This document shows, in pieces, positions 33,590-41,556 of a DNA stretch of 64,000 bases. How positions within the stretch are numbered: position 1 is the stretch's first letter; every line of letters begins with the position of its first letter. A program made the position numbers and the translations under genes. This DNA is from a virus. Location: the IMG/VR virus record IMGVR_UViG_3300032288_002265, positions 9,328 through 73,327 of that record, one strand, 5' to 3'. Below the pieces are notes generated by a model. That model worked only from the letters and a program-made list of their open reading frames with translations. It was not told where the DNA came from and ran no database searches.

Positions 33590-34899
33590 TCGTCGATGGG
33601 ACTGATTCCCGTGAATCTACAGAACTGGCCCTCGTACCAGAGCTTCACGATTCCGCACTCACCGTCGCGTTGCTTCGCGATGATGAGCTTCGCCTCCCCT
33701 CGAGGCTCTCCCCGGTTCCTGTCGAGTAGGCACACAGTGTCGGCATCGCGCTCGATCTGTCCGGATTCGGCCAGGTCGCTGAGCTTCGGGGTGCGGTTTT
33801 TCTCCTTTTCCGATTCGCGGTTGATCTGCGCGAGGCAGACCATCGCCACATTCGAGGCGACCGCGCAACCCTTCAGCTTGGTCGACACCTCGCCGACCTC
33901 GTAGGTGCGCTTCTCGTGCTTACCAGAGGCTTGGATCTTCTGGAGGTAGTCGATGATCACCAACTTCACCTTGTGCCGCCGCACAGCCCTGCGGATCGAC
34001 GCGGTGATGGTTGAGACCGTCCCGCCCGATGACACGTCGAGGAAGTGCAGCGGGGCTCTGGAGATCTTCACGCCGGCCGCTCCGATCTTCTTGAAGTCGC
34101 CCTCATCGAGGTCGGCCGTCTTGATCGTCTGCATGGGCACGCCGGCCACGGTCGACACCAGTCGGCGCATGAGGGCCTTCTCGCTCATCTCGGCCGTCAC
34201 GAAGAGCGTGGGGACGCCCTCGTTGACGCACGCCACCTGGGTGATCGACACACCCATCGCGGTCTTGCCGATGCTGGGACGAGCAGCGACGAGGAAGAGC
34301 TCGCCGAACTGGATGCCGTCCGTCATGCGGTCGAGCATCTGGATCCCGGAGGTCACGCCGCTCAGCTTCCCGCGAGTGGCCCAGCGATCCTGGAGCGCAT
34401 CGAGGAATCCGGAGACGACCGTCTTCGAGTTCGCGGTCGCCGGCATGACCTCCTGCTCCATCGAGATGCCAGCCTCGAGTTGAGAGATCGCAGCGTCGAC
34501 CGGCGTCGATGAGTTTCCTGAGTCGGTCACTAGCCGCTGGCCAGCTTCACGCAGCCTGCGACGAGTGAACGCTTCGCGAACCCCCTGGACGTGGTAGCTC
34601 AGGTTGTGCTCCGAGGGACAGGAGTCCATCGCCTTGCTCCACACCTCGATCGGCATGGGCTTCTTCGAGTACACCTTCTTCCATGCTCGGCCCAGCGTGT
34701 CCATGCCTGGCTTGCCGCCTTCCTTGAGGATCGCATCAACCAGGTCGAGCGACTCCCTGACCGTGTCGTTTGTCAGCAGGCCTGCGTGCATCTGGGCGAC
34801 GGCATCGGCCGCTGTCTCGGTCGATCCGATCAGGCAGGCTCCAAGGATCCCGAGCTCGTCGGACTCCGAGAAATACACATCTGTGTTTTCTAAACTCAC
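33586..34899 (-). CDS. dnaB: Replicative DNA helicase
   Basis: AARPSIGKT, EMS, IIDYLQ, LAQINR, DLAESGQIERDAD, AKQRDG. Confidence 0.95.
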   Translation of the reverse strand: MSLENTDVYFSESDELGILGACLIGSTETAADAVAQMHAGLLTNDTVRESLDLVDAILKEGGKPGMDTLGRAWKKVYSKKPMPIEVWSKAMDSCPSEHNLSYHVQGVREAFTRRRLREAGQRLVTDSGNSSTPVDAAISQLEAGISMEQEVMPATANSKTVVSGFLDALQDRWATRGKLSGVTSGIQMLDRMTDGIQFGELFLVAARPSIGKTAMGVSITQVACVNEGVPTLFVTAEMSEKALMRRLVSTVAGVPMQTIKTADLDEGDFKKIGAAGVKISRAPLHFLDVSSGGTVSTITASIRRAVRRHKVKLVIIDYLQKIQASGKHEKRTYEVGEVSTKLKGCAVASNVAMVCLAQINRESEKEKNRTPKLSDLAESGQIERDADTVCLLDRNRGEPRGEAKLIIAKQRDGECGIVKLWYEGQFCRFTGISPIDE

Positions 34900-35657
34900 A
34901 GCGAGTGTCTCCAGTCGGTTGGATCATTACGCCACTCTTGGCCTGGAGTAATAGGCGGTGGCGGAACCTTTTTATCGTTGTCTGGATGAATGCCTGCCCA
35001 GTTATTGGCCATAGCACGCTCGATCGCTTTTGGTAATTCGCTGGGGCCGTATTCAGTTTCCCACTTCTTTAGTGCCGCTGTGAGTCCTGTGACCTTGTAG
35101 GACTGACCTTTCTCCTTCTTGTGCTTCAGCCACAGCTTCACTGCAGCAAGGCATTCGATCGTTCGTAGTGCTTCCGGAAGCTCAACTCCATGAGCAACGA
35201 ACCAAGGCGAAGGAGGGAGCGAAGCGTCAGCGGAGCCCTGTTCCTTCTTCTCTATCTTCTCTATCTTCTCTTCTCTATCGGTTAGCCGGTCGGATACCGG
35301 AGGGTTAACCGGTCGGTTTCCCTTCGGTTTCTTACCACTCGGTCTACCGCCCTTTTTGCCGTTGTTCCATGCTGAAATCAGCGAGGCGTTGACCTCTGCC
35401 CACCCCCTGGCAACGACGGCATCTCCGTCCACTTCGAGGTATGTTTCGAGCATCGCATCCCACAGGGTTTGTGGGTCGGTTTCCCACCGGCAAACCGAGG
35501 CTAAAACGGTCGGTTTCCATCCGGTAAACCGGTCGGTTTTGCGAGCCTGGCAGTGAGCCCAGAGTCGGAGTACGTAGATCGGTGCGACCTCAGTTCCGAG
35601 TAGGCGTACAAGAAGCCTGGTTTTCCAGTGATCTAAAAAGTCTGGTTCTACAATCAT
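34896..35657 (-). CDS. Phage replication initiator-like protein
   Basis: FLDHWKT N-terminal domain, NGKKGGRP linker, C-terminal AIERAMANNWAGI; upstream of dnaB; internal repeats. Confidence 0.75.
   Translation of the reverse strand: MIVEPDFLDHWKTRLLVRLLGTEVAPIYVLRLWAHCQARKTDRFTGWKPTVLASVCRWETDPQTLWDAMLETYLEVDGDAVVARGWAEVNASLISAWNNGKKGGRPSGKKPKGNRPVNPPVSDRLTDREEKIEKIEKKEQGSADASLPPSPWFVAHGVELPEALRTIECLAAVKLWLKHKKEKGQSYKVTGLTAALKKWETEYGPSELPKAIERAMANNWAGIHPDNDKKVPPPPITPGQEWRNDPTDWRHSL
35280..35538 (+). repeat. Iteron-like repeats, consensus GGTTAACCGGTCGGTT
   Basis: Copies at 35280, 35303, 35466, 35500 and 35523; two pairs are spaced 23 bp apart. Confidence 0.6.
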
Positions 35658-35724
35658 TCCTCTCCTCCCCCTTTATAAAAAGGGATCCACAGTATTAACT
35701 CCGTGGACCCCTATTGTATTACCA

Positions 35725-36261
35725 CTAGACTGACAGCGCCTGTCGCTCAGAGGCGAGGTCGCGGGTGTCGGCCTTGTGGTCCGAGTACTTCTCCGGGTAT
35801 CGCACTCGCAGCTTTCGGATGTTGGCTGCAAGTACGTTCGTGAACTGGATACCAGAAATGTTGCAAATGCTATTAACAAGCTCGAGCATGAGCTGGCAGG
35901 TCTGCAAGAAGGCCACTTTGTCGATCTGGCGACCGTAGAAGACGTTCTTCTTGGTCATGTCCAAAAGGTAGGAGGACTGCTCACAGAGGTTGCAGATGAT
36001 AACTTCCCGGCCTAGGTGGTTAAAAGACCTGTTGCTGACCGGCTGGAAGTCGACCGGCTCAATGGTGTCCATCGCAATCGCGATGTACCAGCAGATGTCC
36101 CCGAGTTCCTCGGTGAGGTTGCTTTGGTCGGTGAACCCCATGAGCTCGACGGATTCCGTCATCGCGCCCATCGCGGCGTGCAGCAGTCGATTCTGCTCGC
36201 TGCAGGACGACCGAGGAGACTCGGTGCGAACCGCCAGCGGGATGTACTGATTAAACGTCAT
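35725..36261 (-). CDS. MazG-like nucleotide pyrophosphohydrolase
   Basis: LLHAAMG..TES.E, EELGDICWY, NIRKLRVRYP. Confidence 0.85.
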   Translation of the reverse strand: MTFNQYIPLAVRTESPRSSCSEQNRLLHAAMGAMTESVELMGFTDQSNLTEELGDICWYIAIAMDTIEPVDFQPVSNRSFNHLGREVIICNLCEQSSYLLDMTKKNVFYGRQIDKVAFLQTCQLMLELVNSICNISGIQFTNVLAANIRKLRVRYPEKYSDHKADTRDLASERQALSV

Positions 36262-36263
36262 AC

Positions 36264-36818
36264 TCAAAAAGGTACATCGTCCGAACTGGCGTCGACTTCC
36301 TGCGTCACGGTGTTGCCGGACACGGTCCTCGTGCCGCCGGCCTGGACGCCGCTGGCAACCGGGGTCGCCTTGGCGATGGCCTTGGCCTTCGGACCGAGGC
36401 GTGATAGTAGGCTCGAGAGCTTCGAGGCCTCCATCGGCGCAGCGCCACCGCCGCCACCACCGGGAGGATTCAGCCACGCCACCTTGCACATGGCCTTGCC
36501 CTGGTAGGTCTCCATCTCGGTCTGGATGTTGCAGGGGCGACCGAGGAACGTGGTCTTGCCCGCGAACAGAGCGTTGAGGTCTCCGTCGAATCCGAACACC
36601 TCCTTGAGGCGGCGGATGGTGTTGTCGAACGCGCTGTCCGACAGCCACGCCCGATAGACGGCGATCTTGCCCTTGTCGACGCCCTCGGACACACGCACTG
36701 GGATGCGGATGAACGGGGTCTTTTTCTCTCCGCTCTCGCCGAACCATCCCGTTTCACCGGGGTCTTCGACGATGCACTCGTAGGAACCTGCGTGTTCGAT
36801 GTATTTGTTGCTGCTCAT
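36264..36818 (-). CDS. Phage ssDNA-binding protein (DUF669-like)
   Basis: Beta-rich N-terminus, Gly linker, acidic DDVPF tail. Confidence 0.75.
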   Translation of the reverse strand: MSSNKYIEHAGSYECIVEDPGETGWFGESGEKKTPFIRIPVRVSEGVDKGKIAVYRAWLSDSAFDNTIRRLKEVFGFDGDLNALFAGKTTFLGRPCNIQTEMETYQGKAMCKVAWLNPPGGGGGGAAPMEASKLSSLLSRLGPKAKAIAKATPVASGVQAGGTRTVSGNTVTQEVDASSDDVPF

Positions 36819-36824
36819 GTTGGT

Positions 36825-37709
36825 TTACTGAAGGGTTTCGAGTTTCTGCACAGCGGCCTTGAGGCGGTCAGGAGGGAGCGTGCCGATCAGAGGCATGGTC
36901 TTCTCCCACTGAGCCTTGGCAGCGTCGCTGAGCTTGGCGGTGGCGTACAGCGCGGTGATGCGCTCGCGGAGGGCGGACGGGCTGTTGGCCTTGATCTCAC
37001 CGGACAGGCTCTCCCAGTTGAGCGGGATGCTGTCTGGCAGGTTGAGACGGTTCTTCGCGTCCCACGCGGGGCTCCACTGGGTGTGCAGCACGCGGTCGCC
37101 GCCGATGGTCTTCTCTTTCATCGCGCCCTTCTCCTTGGTCTTGAAGACCTCGAAGACGGCGAACAGGCAGGCGTCGGGCCACTCGCGGAAGATGCCGGTG
37201 AACTTCTTGTTCCCCTTCATCTCGTAGCGATCCCACGAGTCGCCACGGGGATCCTGAAACGTGCGGATCTGGACGTGCGACAGGATGATGATCCACAGGC
37301 GCTGGGCGTGGCGGATCTGGTCGAGCTTGGCGAGCACCGACACGAGCTCCTGCTCGGCGATGGTGTAGCCCTTCCCGTATCCGTAGTCCTCGATGTTGGC
37401 CTTGCCGTCCCGTTTGCAGATGCCGTCGTAGATCATCCGCTCGAGCCAGTCGGCGGTGTCGATGACCAGCGACTTGTACTCGCCGGGGTTGGTCGCCAAC
37501 TCATCGAGGAGGGCGTTGAGCTCCTGAAGGGAGCTTGGGGAGAATCGAGCGACGTGCTCGAGACCGGTCAGACCGTCCTCGCTGCAAACGAACAGCGGGT
37601 TCGGAGCCTGGGATGCGATCGTCGACTTACCGATACCTTCGGGTCCGGCGATCAGGATGCGGGGAGGGAGCTCGGCGTCGCCGCGCTTCACTTTAGCTAG
37701 GATACTCAT
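36825..37709 (-). CDS. Sak4-like AAA ATPase / single-strand annealing protein
   Basis: GPEGIGKST, LVIDTADW, GYGKGY, DAKNR. Confidence 0.88.
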   Translation of the reverse strand: MSILAKVKRGDAELPPRILIAGPEGIGKSTIASQAPNPLFVCSEDGLTGLEHVARFSPSSLQELNALLDELATNPGEYKSLVIDTADWLERMIYDGICKRDGKANIEDYGYGKGYTIAEQELVSVLAKLDQIRHAQRLWIIILSHVQIRTFQDPRGDSWDRYEMKGNKKFTGIFREWPDACLFAVFEVFKTKEKGAMKEKTIGGDRVLHTQWSPAWDAKNRLNLPDSIPLNWESLSGEIKANSPSALRERITALYATAKLSDAAKAQWEKTMPLIGTLPPDRLKAAVQKLETLQ

Positions 37710-37710
37710 T

Positions 37711-38778
37711 TCAGTTCTGTGTGTTTTTGAGGTGGTTGAAGTAGGCCTCAAGCCCGAGGTGAACCAACGTGCCCAGACGGAGAGCCTCGGACGCCTCATC
37801 GTCTTGGATTTTGCGGACCTGCTCTTCGTAGTGCAGGAAATGGTGGCGGGCGCATCGACGAAGCGACGACGACCGCGAATTGGTCAGAAGCTGGCGTTCG
37901 CCGTCTGACTGGATCTTGAGCTCGTTGTGAGCGGACTTGGTCTTGGCAAACCGGATGCCATCGACCGAGGCGCGGCCCGAGCAGAGATCGAAGAACTCGC
38001 ACGTGCGGTTGTAGGCGTTGCACGCATTCGGATTGCGCGGCCACAACTGCTGCTTGCGGAAGTAGAGGATCTGCTGGCTCAACTGCCAGGCGTCGCTCAT
38101 GTACTCCAAGATGTCGGAGTCGAGGCGGGCGATCTCCTTCTGGGCATAGAAGTTGAACGGGTTCTCGCGCAGGACTCCCAGCACGCGGGTCTCGAACTCC
38201 TCCGGGGTCTCCGGTCGAGTCTGGACGACGTAGCCGGCCTCGGTGTCACCGGTCTCGCGCCACTTCTTGCCGTCCTTCGTCCGCACACGGTTGCCGTTCG
38301 CATCGAGTACGATCTTGGAGCCGGCCTCGTCACGCAGCGGGATCTGCGCCTGGCGTTGACCAGGCTTGCCCATCACGTCGTAGATGACGCCACCCACGTC
38401 CTGGCCGGTCTGCAACGCGCCCAGGAAGTACTTCGAGACCTGCGTGTCCATGCGAAGCCGGTCCCAGTAGTTGGACTCCGGAGCCACGTCATCGCTGGTG
38501 GTCTTGTGCTCAAGGACGATCAGCTTGCCGTCGGAGCGACGACGAAGCAGGGCGTCCATCTTGCCGGCCTCAGAGAACGAGCGGCTCGTGCCTTCGGTCT
38601 CCGGGTTCAGCAGCGGGAACGCGAACTCGCGCTCTACGTCGACGACCTGGTAGGCGCTCCAGTTGTTGCACCACACCGCGTCGTAGACGGTGACCATCGC
38701 TCGGGCCTTGGCGACCGAGAACAGATCGTCACTCTTGATTGCGGTCAGTGCGACCGCCAGTTCCTCTCTCATGCTCAT
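37711..38778 (-). CDS. PD-(D/E)XK exonuclease, circularly permuted
   Basis: VEREF...GKMD...LEHKTT, Q...Y, CNAY...CEF..LC. The usual N-terminal TNS...C.R...GTLVH.GLE block sits at the C-terminus. Confidence 0.85.
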   Translation of the reverse strand: MSMREELAVALTAIKSDDLFSVAKARAMVTVYDAVWCNNWSAYQVVDVEREFAFPLLNPETEGTSRSFSEAGKMDALLRRRSDGKLIVLEHKTTSDDVAPESNYWDRLRMDTQVSKYFLGALQTGQDVGGVIYDVMGKPGQRQAQIPLRDEAGSKIVLDANGNRVRTKDGKKWRETGDTEAGYVVQTRPETPEEFETRVLGVLRENPFNFYAQKEIARLDSDILEYMSDAWQLSQQILYFRKQQLWPRNPNACNAYNRTCEFFDLCSGRASVDGIRFAKTKSAHNELKIQSDGERQLLTNSRSSSLRRCARHHFLHYEEQVRKIQDDEASEALRLGTLVHLGLEAYFNHLKNTQN

Positions 38779-39128
38779 GGTAGTATTTCGATTACCGTTT
38801 CTTCTTGGTCTTTTTTGCTGACCTTTTCTTGTCGAATTTCGAGCTCGATAAGGTCTGGAGAATCATCCCGCAGTACGCCCCCATATCGAAGGAGGTCGAT
38901 GACGTACTTGGGGCAGACGTTGTCGGGGTCGAGGAGCCGGCAGCGCCTGCTCGTAACCACGACTCGAATGCGCGTTTTGCCTCCTTCTTTTCTCGGTGCC
39001 GCTGCCAGTGGTTCATTCCAAACAGCCGGTTGAGGCTGGGCAGTCGGTACTTGAGTGTGATCCTGAGTCCCCCTGGTGGAATGCCGTTGAAGGAACTCGG
39101 CGAGTTGCTCTTCATTCCAGCGGGGCAT
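38775..39128 (-). CDS. RusA-like Holliday junction resolvase, catalytic half
   Basis: RIRVVVTSRRCRLLDPDN..PKYVIDLL..GG.L.DDS. Confidence 0.75.
   Translation of the reverse strand: MPRWNEEQLAEFLQRHSTRGTQDHTQVPTAQPQPAVWNEPLAAAPRKEGGKTRIRVVVTSRRCRLLDPDNVCPKYVIDLLRYGGVLRDDSPDLIELEIRQEKVSKKDQEETVIEILP
38792..39115 (-). CDS. Overlapping ORF carrying a RusA-like N-terminal strand and helix
   Basis: LRITLKYRLPSLNRLFGMNHWQRHREKKEAKRAFESWL; ATG overlaps the upstream stop. Confidence 0.55.
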   Translation of the reverse strand: MKSNSPSSFNGIPPGGLRITLKYRLPSLNRLFGMNHWQRHREKKEAKRAFESWLRAGAAGSSTPTTSAPSTSSTSFDMGAYCGMILQTLSSSKFDKKRSAKKTKKKR

Positions 39129-39315
39129 TGGTGAGTTTGGATAGGACGCTCGGCCAGTGGAATCTGAGGTCTCGGTTGTTGAGCCTGACAACAGGTATCT
39201 TACCCAAGGCTGCGTACTTCCTGACACGTCTCGCGCTGTATCCGATCTTCTCAGAAAGCTCGGATACCGTAATCAACCTTTCGGAATCCAGTGGATGTTC
39301 AGAGGTTTTTTTCAT
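39112..39315 (-). CDS. Excisionase/AlpA-like winged-helix protein
   Basis: LITVSELSEKIGYSARRVRKYA..GKIP.......LRF.W. Confidence 0.8.
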   Translation of the reverse strand: MKKTSEHPLDSERLITVSELSEKIGYSARRVRKYAALGKIPVVRLNNRDLRFHWPSVLSKLTNAPLE

Positions 39316-39325
39316 GCAGCAAATA

Positions 39326-39367
39326 TGCACTCAATGTGCTCTCAAGCTGCACTCAAGGTGCGTTCAG
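39326..39367 (+). promoter_or_regulatory. Four 9-bp direct repeats at 11-bp period (operator)
   Basis: TGCACTCAA / TGCTCTCAA / TGCACTCAA / TGCGTTCAG at 39326, 39337, 39348 and 39359. Confidence 0.7.
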
Positions 39368-39394
39368 GGTCAAATGAAATTTCAAAAAAAAAGA

Positions 39395-40942
39395 TTACGC
39401 CGCGTGGATTGCTGAAACCGGTGCCGATCCAAAATCGGTCGATTTTCCGCCCGAAAGCTCGTGTCGAAGCATTGGATACGTCATCGCATCAAAAACGTGG
39501 ATGAGGCCACGCGCAGTCTTCTTCGGCTTGAGAGGCTCGTCCTTGCGCCCCTCGAGCATTAGGAGCGTCTCCTGAGCCCACGGGCACTGGGCTGACACCA
39601 AAATCGTGTCCTGGTGCAGCTTGCTCTGCATCATGCGAACGCGGGCCTCGATCGATCCCGCGCCCTTCGGACAGCCGATCATCTTCATCTGAGGCAGATG
39701 GTGGAGCAGGCCGGCGCGGTTGAACTCCTTCTCGAAGTCCCAGGCGTCGTAGCTGCCACCGCCGCCAGGACGCCACTGGTTCACCGCGCTGTCGTCGGCG
39801 ATGTGCTCCCAGGCCATCTTCCGACCGACGGCCTTGTTCCAGGCCAGGATCCGATCGACGATCTCGTTGGCCATGTTCTTGTAGAGGATCTTCTCGTTCA
39901 GGTGGCAGATCTCGTCGAACACGATCCAGATCGGCTCATTCTCGAGTGGAACCAACTGCATGAACACGGCGGTCGAGTACACCTGGCCAAGGTCGTAGCC
40001 GATCGCACACGGAGCCCAGGGCACCGGAGTTAGTCCGGTTCCGAGCCTGAGGTCTCCGACGATGTGTCGCTCTGCGGAGTAGTGCTGCTTGAAAAGGGCT
40101 TCTCCTGTGGGTCTTTCGATCCACTTGCCTTCGATGAGGCGAGCCCTTTCGATCGGGTCTCCCTTGACAGCCCTTTCGAGTGTTTCCAGGTAGCTGGCCA
40201 TCTCGGGCCGATGCGCGTTTTCTCGGAATGGGACATGGTAGACTGAGAAACTCTTGTCTCGTTCTCCGGTTTCGTGGTTGAAGGGCTCCTCAAAGAACAC
40301 CTGGTACACCCAGTTGCTCGGACCCTTGGGATTGCAGGTCGCCACGTACTGCTGCGGGCCTTGGATGTGGCGGCGTCGGTTCAGCTGCGCGGCGATCAGG
40401 GTGAAGTAGTCACGCCCCTCACAGTCGGTCAACTCGTCGGGCAGGATGAACGACGGGTGAATACCCTTGATGCGTCCAGCGATCGCCTCGGCGTACGGAA
40501 TGGCGATCTGGAGGATCGTCGACCATCCACCGTGCCGGTTACCCACCTTAAGGATTCGGTCCTTTGTGTTCGGGTCCAGCTTCGAGGGGATCCACTCCAT
40601 TCCGATACCTTCCTCCCAGGCTGGCAGGATCAGTGTCTCCAGGTCATGGATCACACCGAACTTACCGGTACGGATGGATGGGGTGACGATCAGACCGAGG
40701 GCATCCCAGTTCTCGTAGACGTGCCGCACCATCTTGTGCTCGGCACCGATGGACTTGCCTGAGCCCTTCTCGCCGTAGGCCAGAATGAACGGCGCGGCGT
40801 CGTTGAAGATCTTCAACTGTGTCGGGTTGAGATCAGGCATCCACACCTTGGTGGAGGCGGGGCGGGGCTTGTGGTCTGGATTAAAGTCCAGCTCCAGCGA
40901 GGCAAGGGCCTCCAGTTCTTCGTCGCTTGTCCTAGACGGCAT
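39395..40942 (-). CDS. terL: Terminase large subunit
   Basis: LNPTQ, Walker A GEKGSGKS, Walker B ILPDE, TCNP motif, RNase H-like GYDLG...HVFDAMTY. Confidence 0.9.
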   Translation of the reverse strand: MPSRTSDEELEALASLELDFNPDHKPRPASTKVWMPDLNPTQLKIFNDAAPFILAYGEKGSGKSIGAEHKMVRHVYENWDALGLIVTPSIRTGKFGVIHDLETLILPAWEEGIGMEWIPSKLDPNTKDRILKVGNRHGGWSTILQIAIPYAEAIAGRIKGIHPSFILPDELTDCEGRDYFTLIAAQLNRRRHIQGPQQYVATCNPKGPSNWVYQVFFEEPFNHETGERDKSFSVYHVPFRENAHRPEMASYLETLERAVKGDPIERARLIEGKWIERPTGEALFKQHYSAERHIVGDLRLGTGLTPVPWAPCAIGYDLGQVYSTAVFMQLVPLENEPIWIVFDEICHLNEKILYKNMANEIVDRILAWNKAVGRKMAWEHIADDSAVNQWRPGGGGSYDAWDFEKEFNRAGLLHHLPQMKMIGCPKGAGSIEARVRMMQSKLHQDTILVSAQCPWAQETLLMLEGRKDEPLKPKKTARGLIHVFDAMTYPMLRHELSGGKSTDFGSAPVSAIHAA

Positions 40943-40944
40943 CG

Positions 40945-40973
40945 TTGACTCTCCTGTTCAGTTACCTTATTCC
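40945..40973 (+). promoter_or_regulatory. Candidate promoter of the structural operon
   Basis: TTGACT-17 nt-TATTCC in the 66-bp divergent gap. Confidence 0.45.
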
Positions 40974-41008
40974 AAGGCCAACAGATCAAGCAAGGAGCCA
41001 GGAAAAAT

Positions 41009-41287
41009 ATGAGCCCCAATAAAATGGTCATTTCCCTTGAGGGGAACGACGAACTCAAGGAGTACCTCTCGAAGAAATCGCCTGGTGATACCTGCGAGTT
41101 CGAGGTCACCGCGTCGATGGACGAGATGACTCCCGATCAAGCCACCTTCTCCGTGAAGAGCGCCGAAGCCTACTCCGACGAGGAAGAGGCTCCCATGACT
41201 GAGGAGGCTTACACGGGGGAAGGCGAAGCGGCCGTACCAGAAAAGGGACCGGCCGCAGTGATGATCGCCTTCGGAAAAAAGAAGTAG
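41009..41287 (+). CDS. Small acidic protein ending in an A_AAA_AAG slippery site
   Basis: 92 aa; ends GGA AAA AAG AAG TAG. Confidence 0.75.
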   Translation: MSPNKMVISLEGNDELKEYLSKKSPGDTCEFEVTASMDEMTPDQATFSVKSAEAYSDEEEAPMTEEAYTGEGEAAVPEKGPAAVMIAFGKKK

Positions 41288-41556
41288 GCCACCCCCAGGA
41301 AACCGACAACCCACTTACCTACCGTGCGGTAAAGCGATATCAACAAATTGGGGTATGGGACGGATGGGGCATCGAGCGTTTCAAGAAGGCGTGCCGCTTG
41401 CTCGGCGAGACGCCAGAGGAGCTCGCCGTCTCATGCGCTATTACCATCCGTCAGCTTCGTCTCTGGATGAAGCAGGGATTGTTCCCAGGTCACGCTGCAC
41501 TGCTGTTTCACCTGCGTGAGCAGGATTGGTTTCGAGCCCAAGGACTCAAGAAATAA
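41275..41556 (+). CDS. Start-less HTH-like reading frame, probable -1 frameshift extension
   Basis: ...WDGWGIERFKKACRLLGETPEELAVSCAITIRQLRLWMKQG...; its TAA overlaps the portal ATG (TAATG). Confidence 0.6.
   Translation, partial: KKEVGHPQETDNPLTYRAVKRYQQIGVWDGWGIERFKKACRLLGETPEELAVSCAITIRQLRLWMKQGLFPGHAALLFHLREQDWFRAQGLKK

Noticed and set aside
35725-36747. Long N-terminal extensions in the ORF track (MazG 340 aa, methyltransferase 317 aa, GT-like 407 aa, ThyX 276 aa)
   Set aside because: The extensions overlap real upstream genes or structured leaders; downstream starts with SD or coupling fit better.
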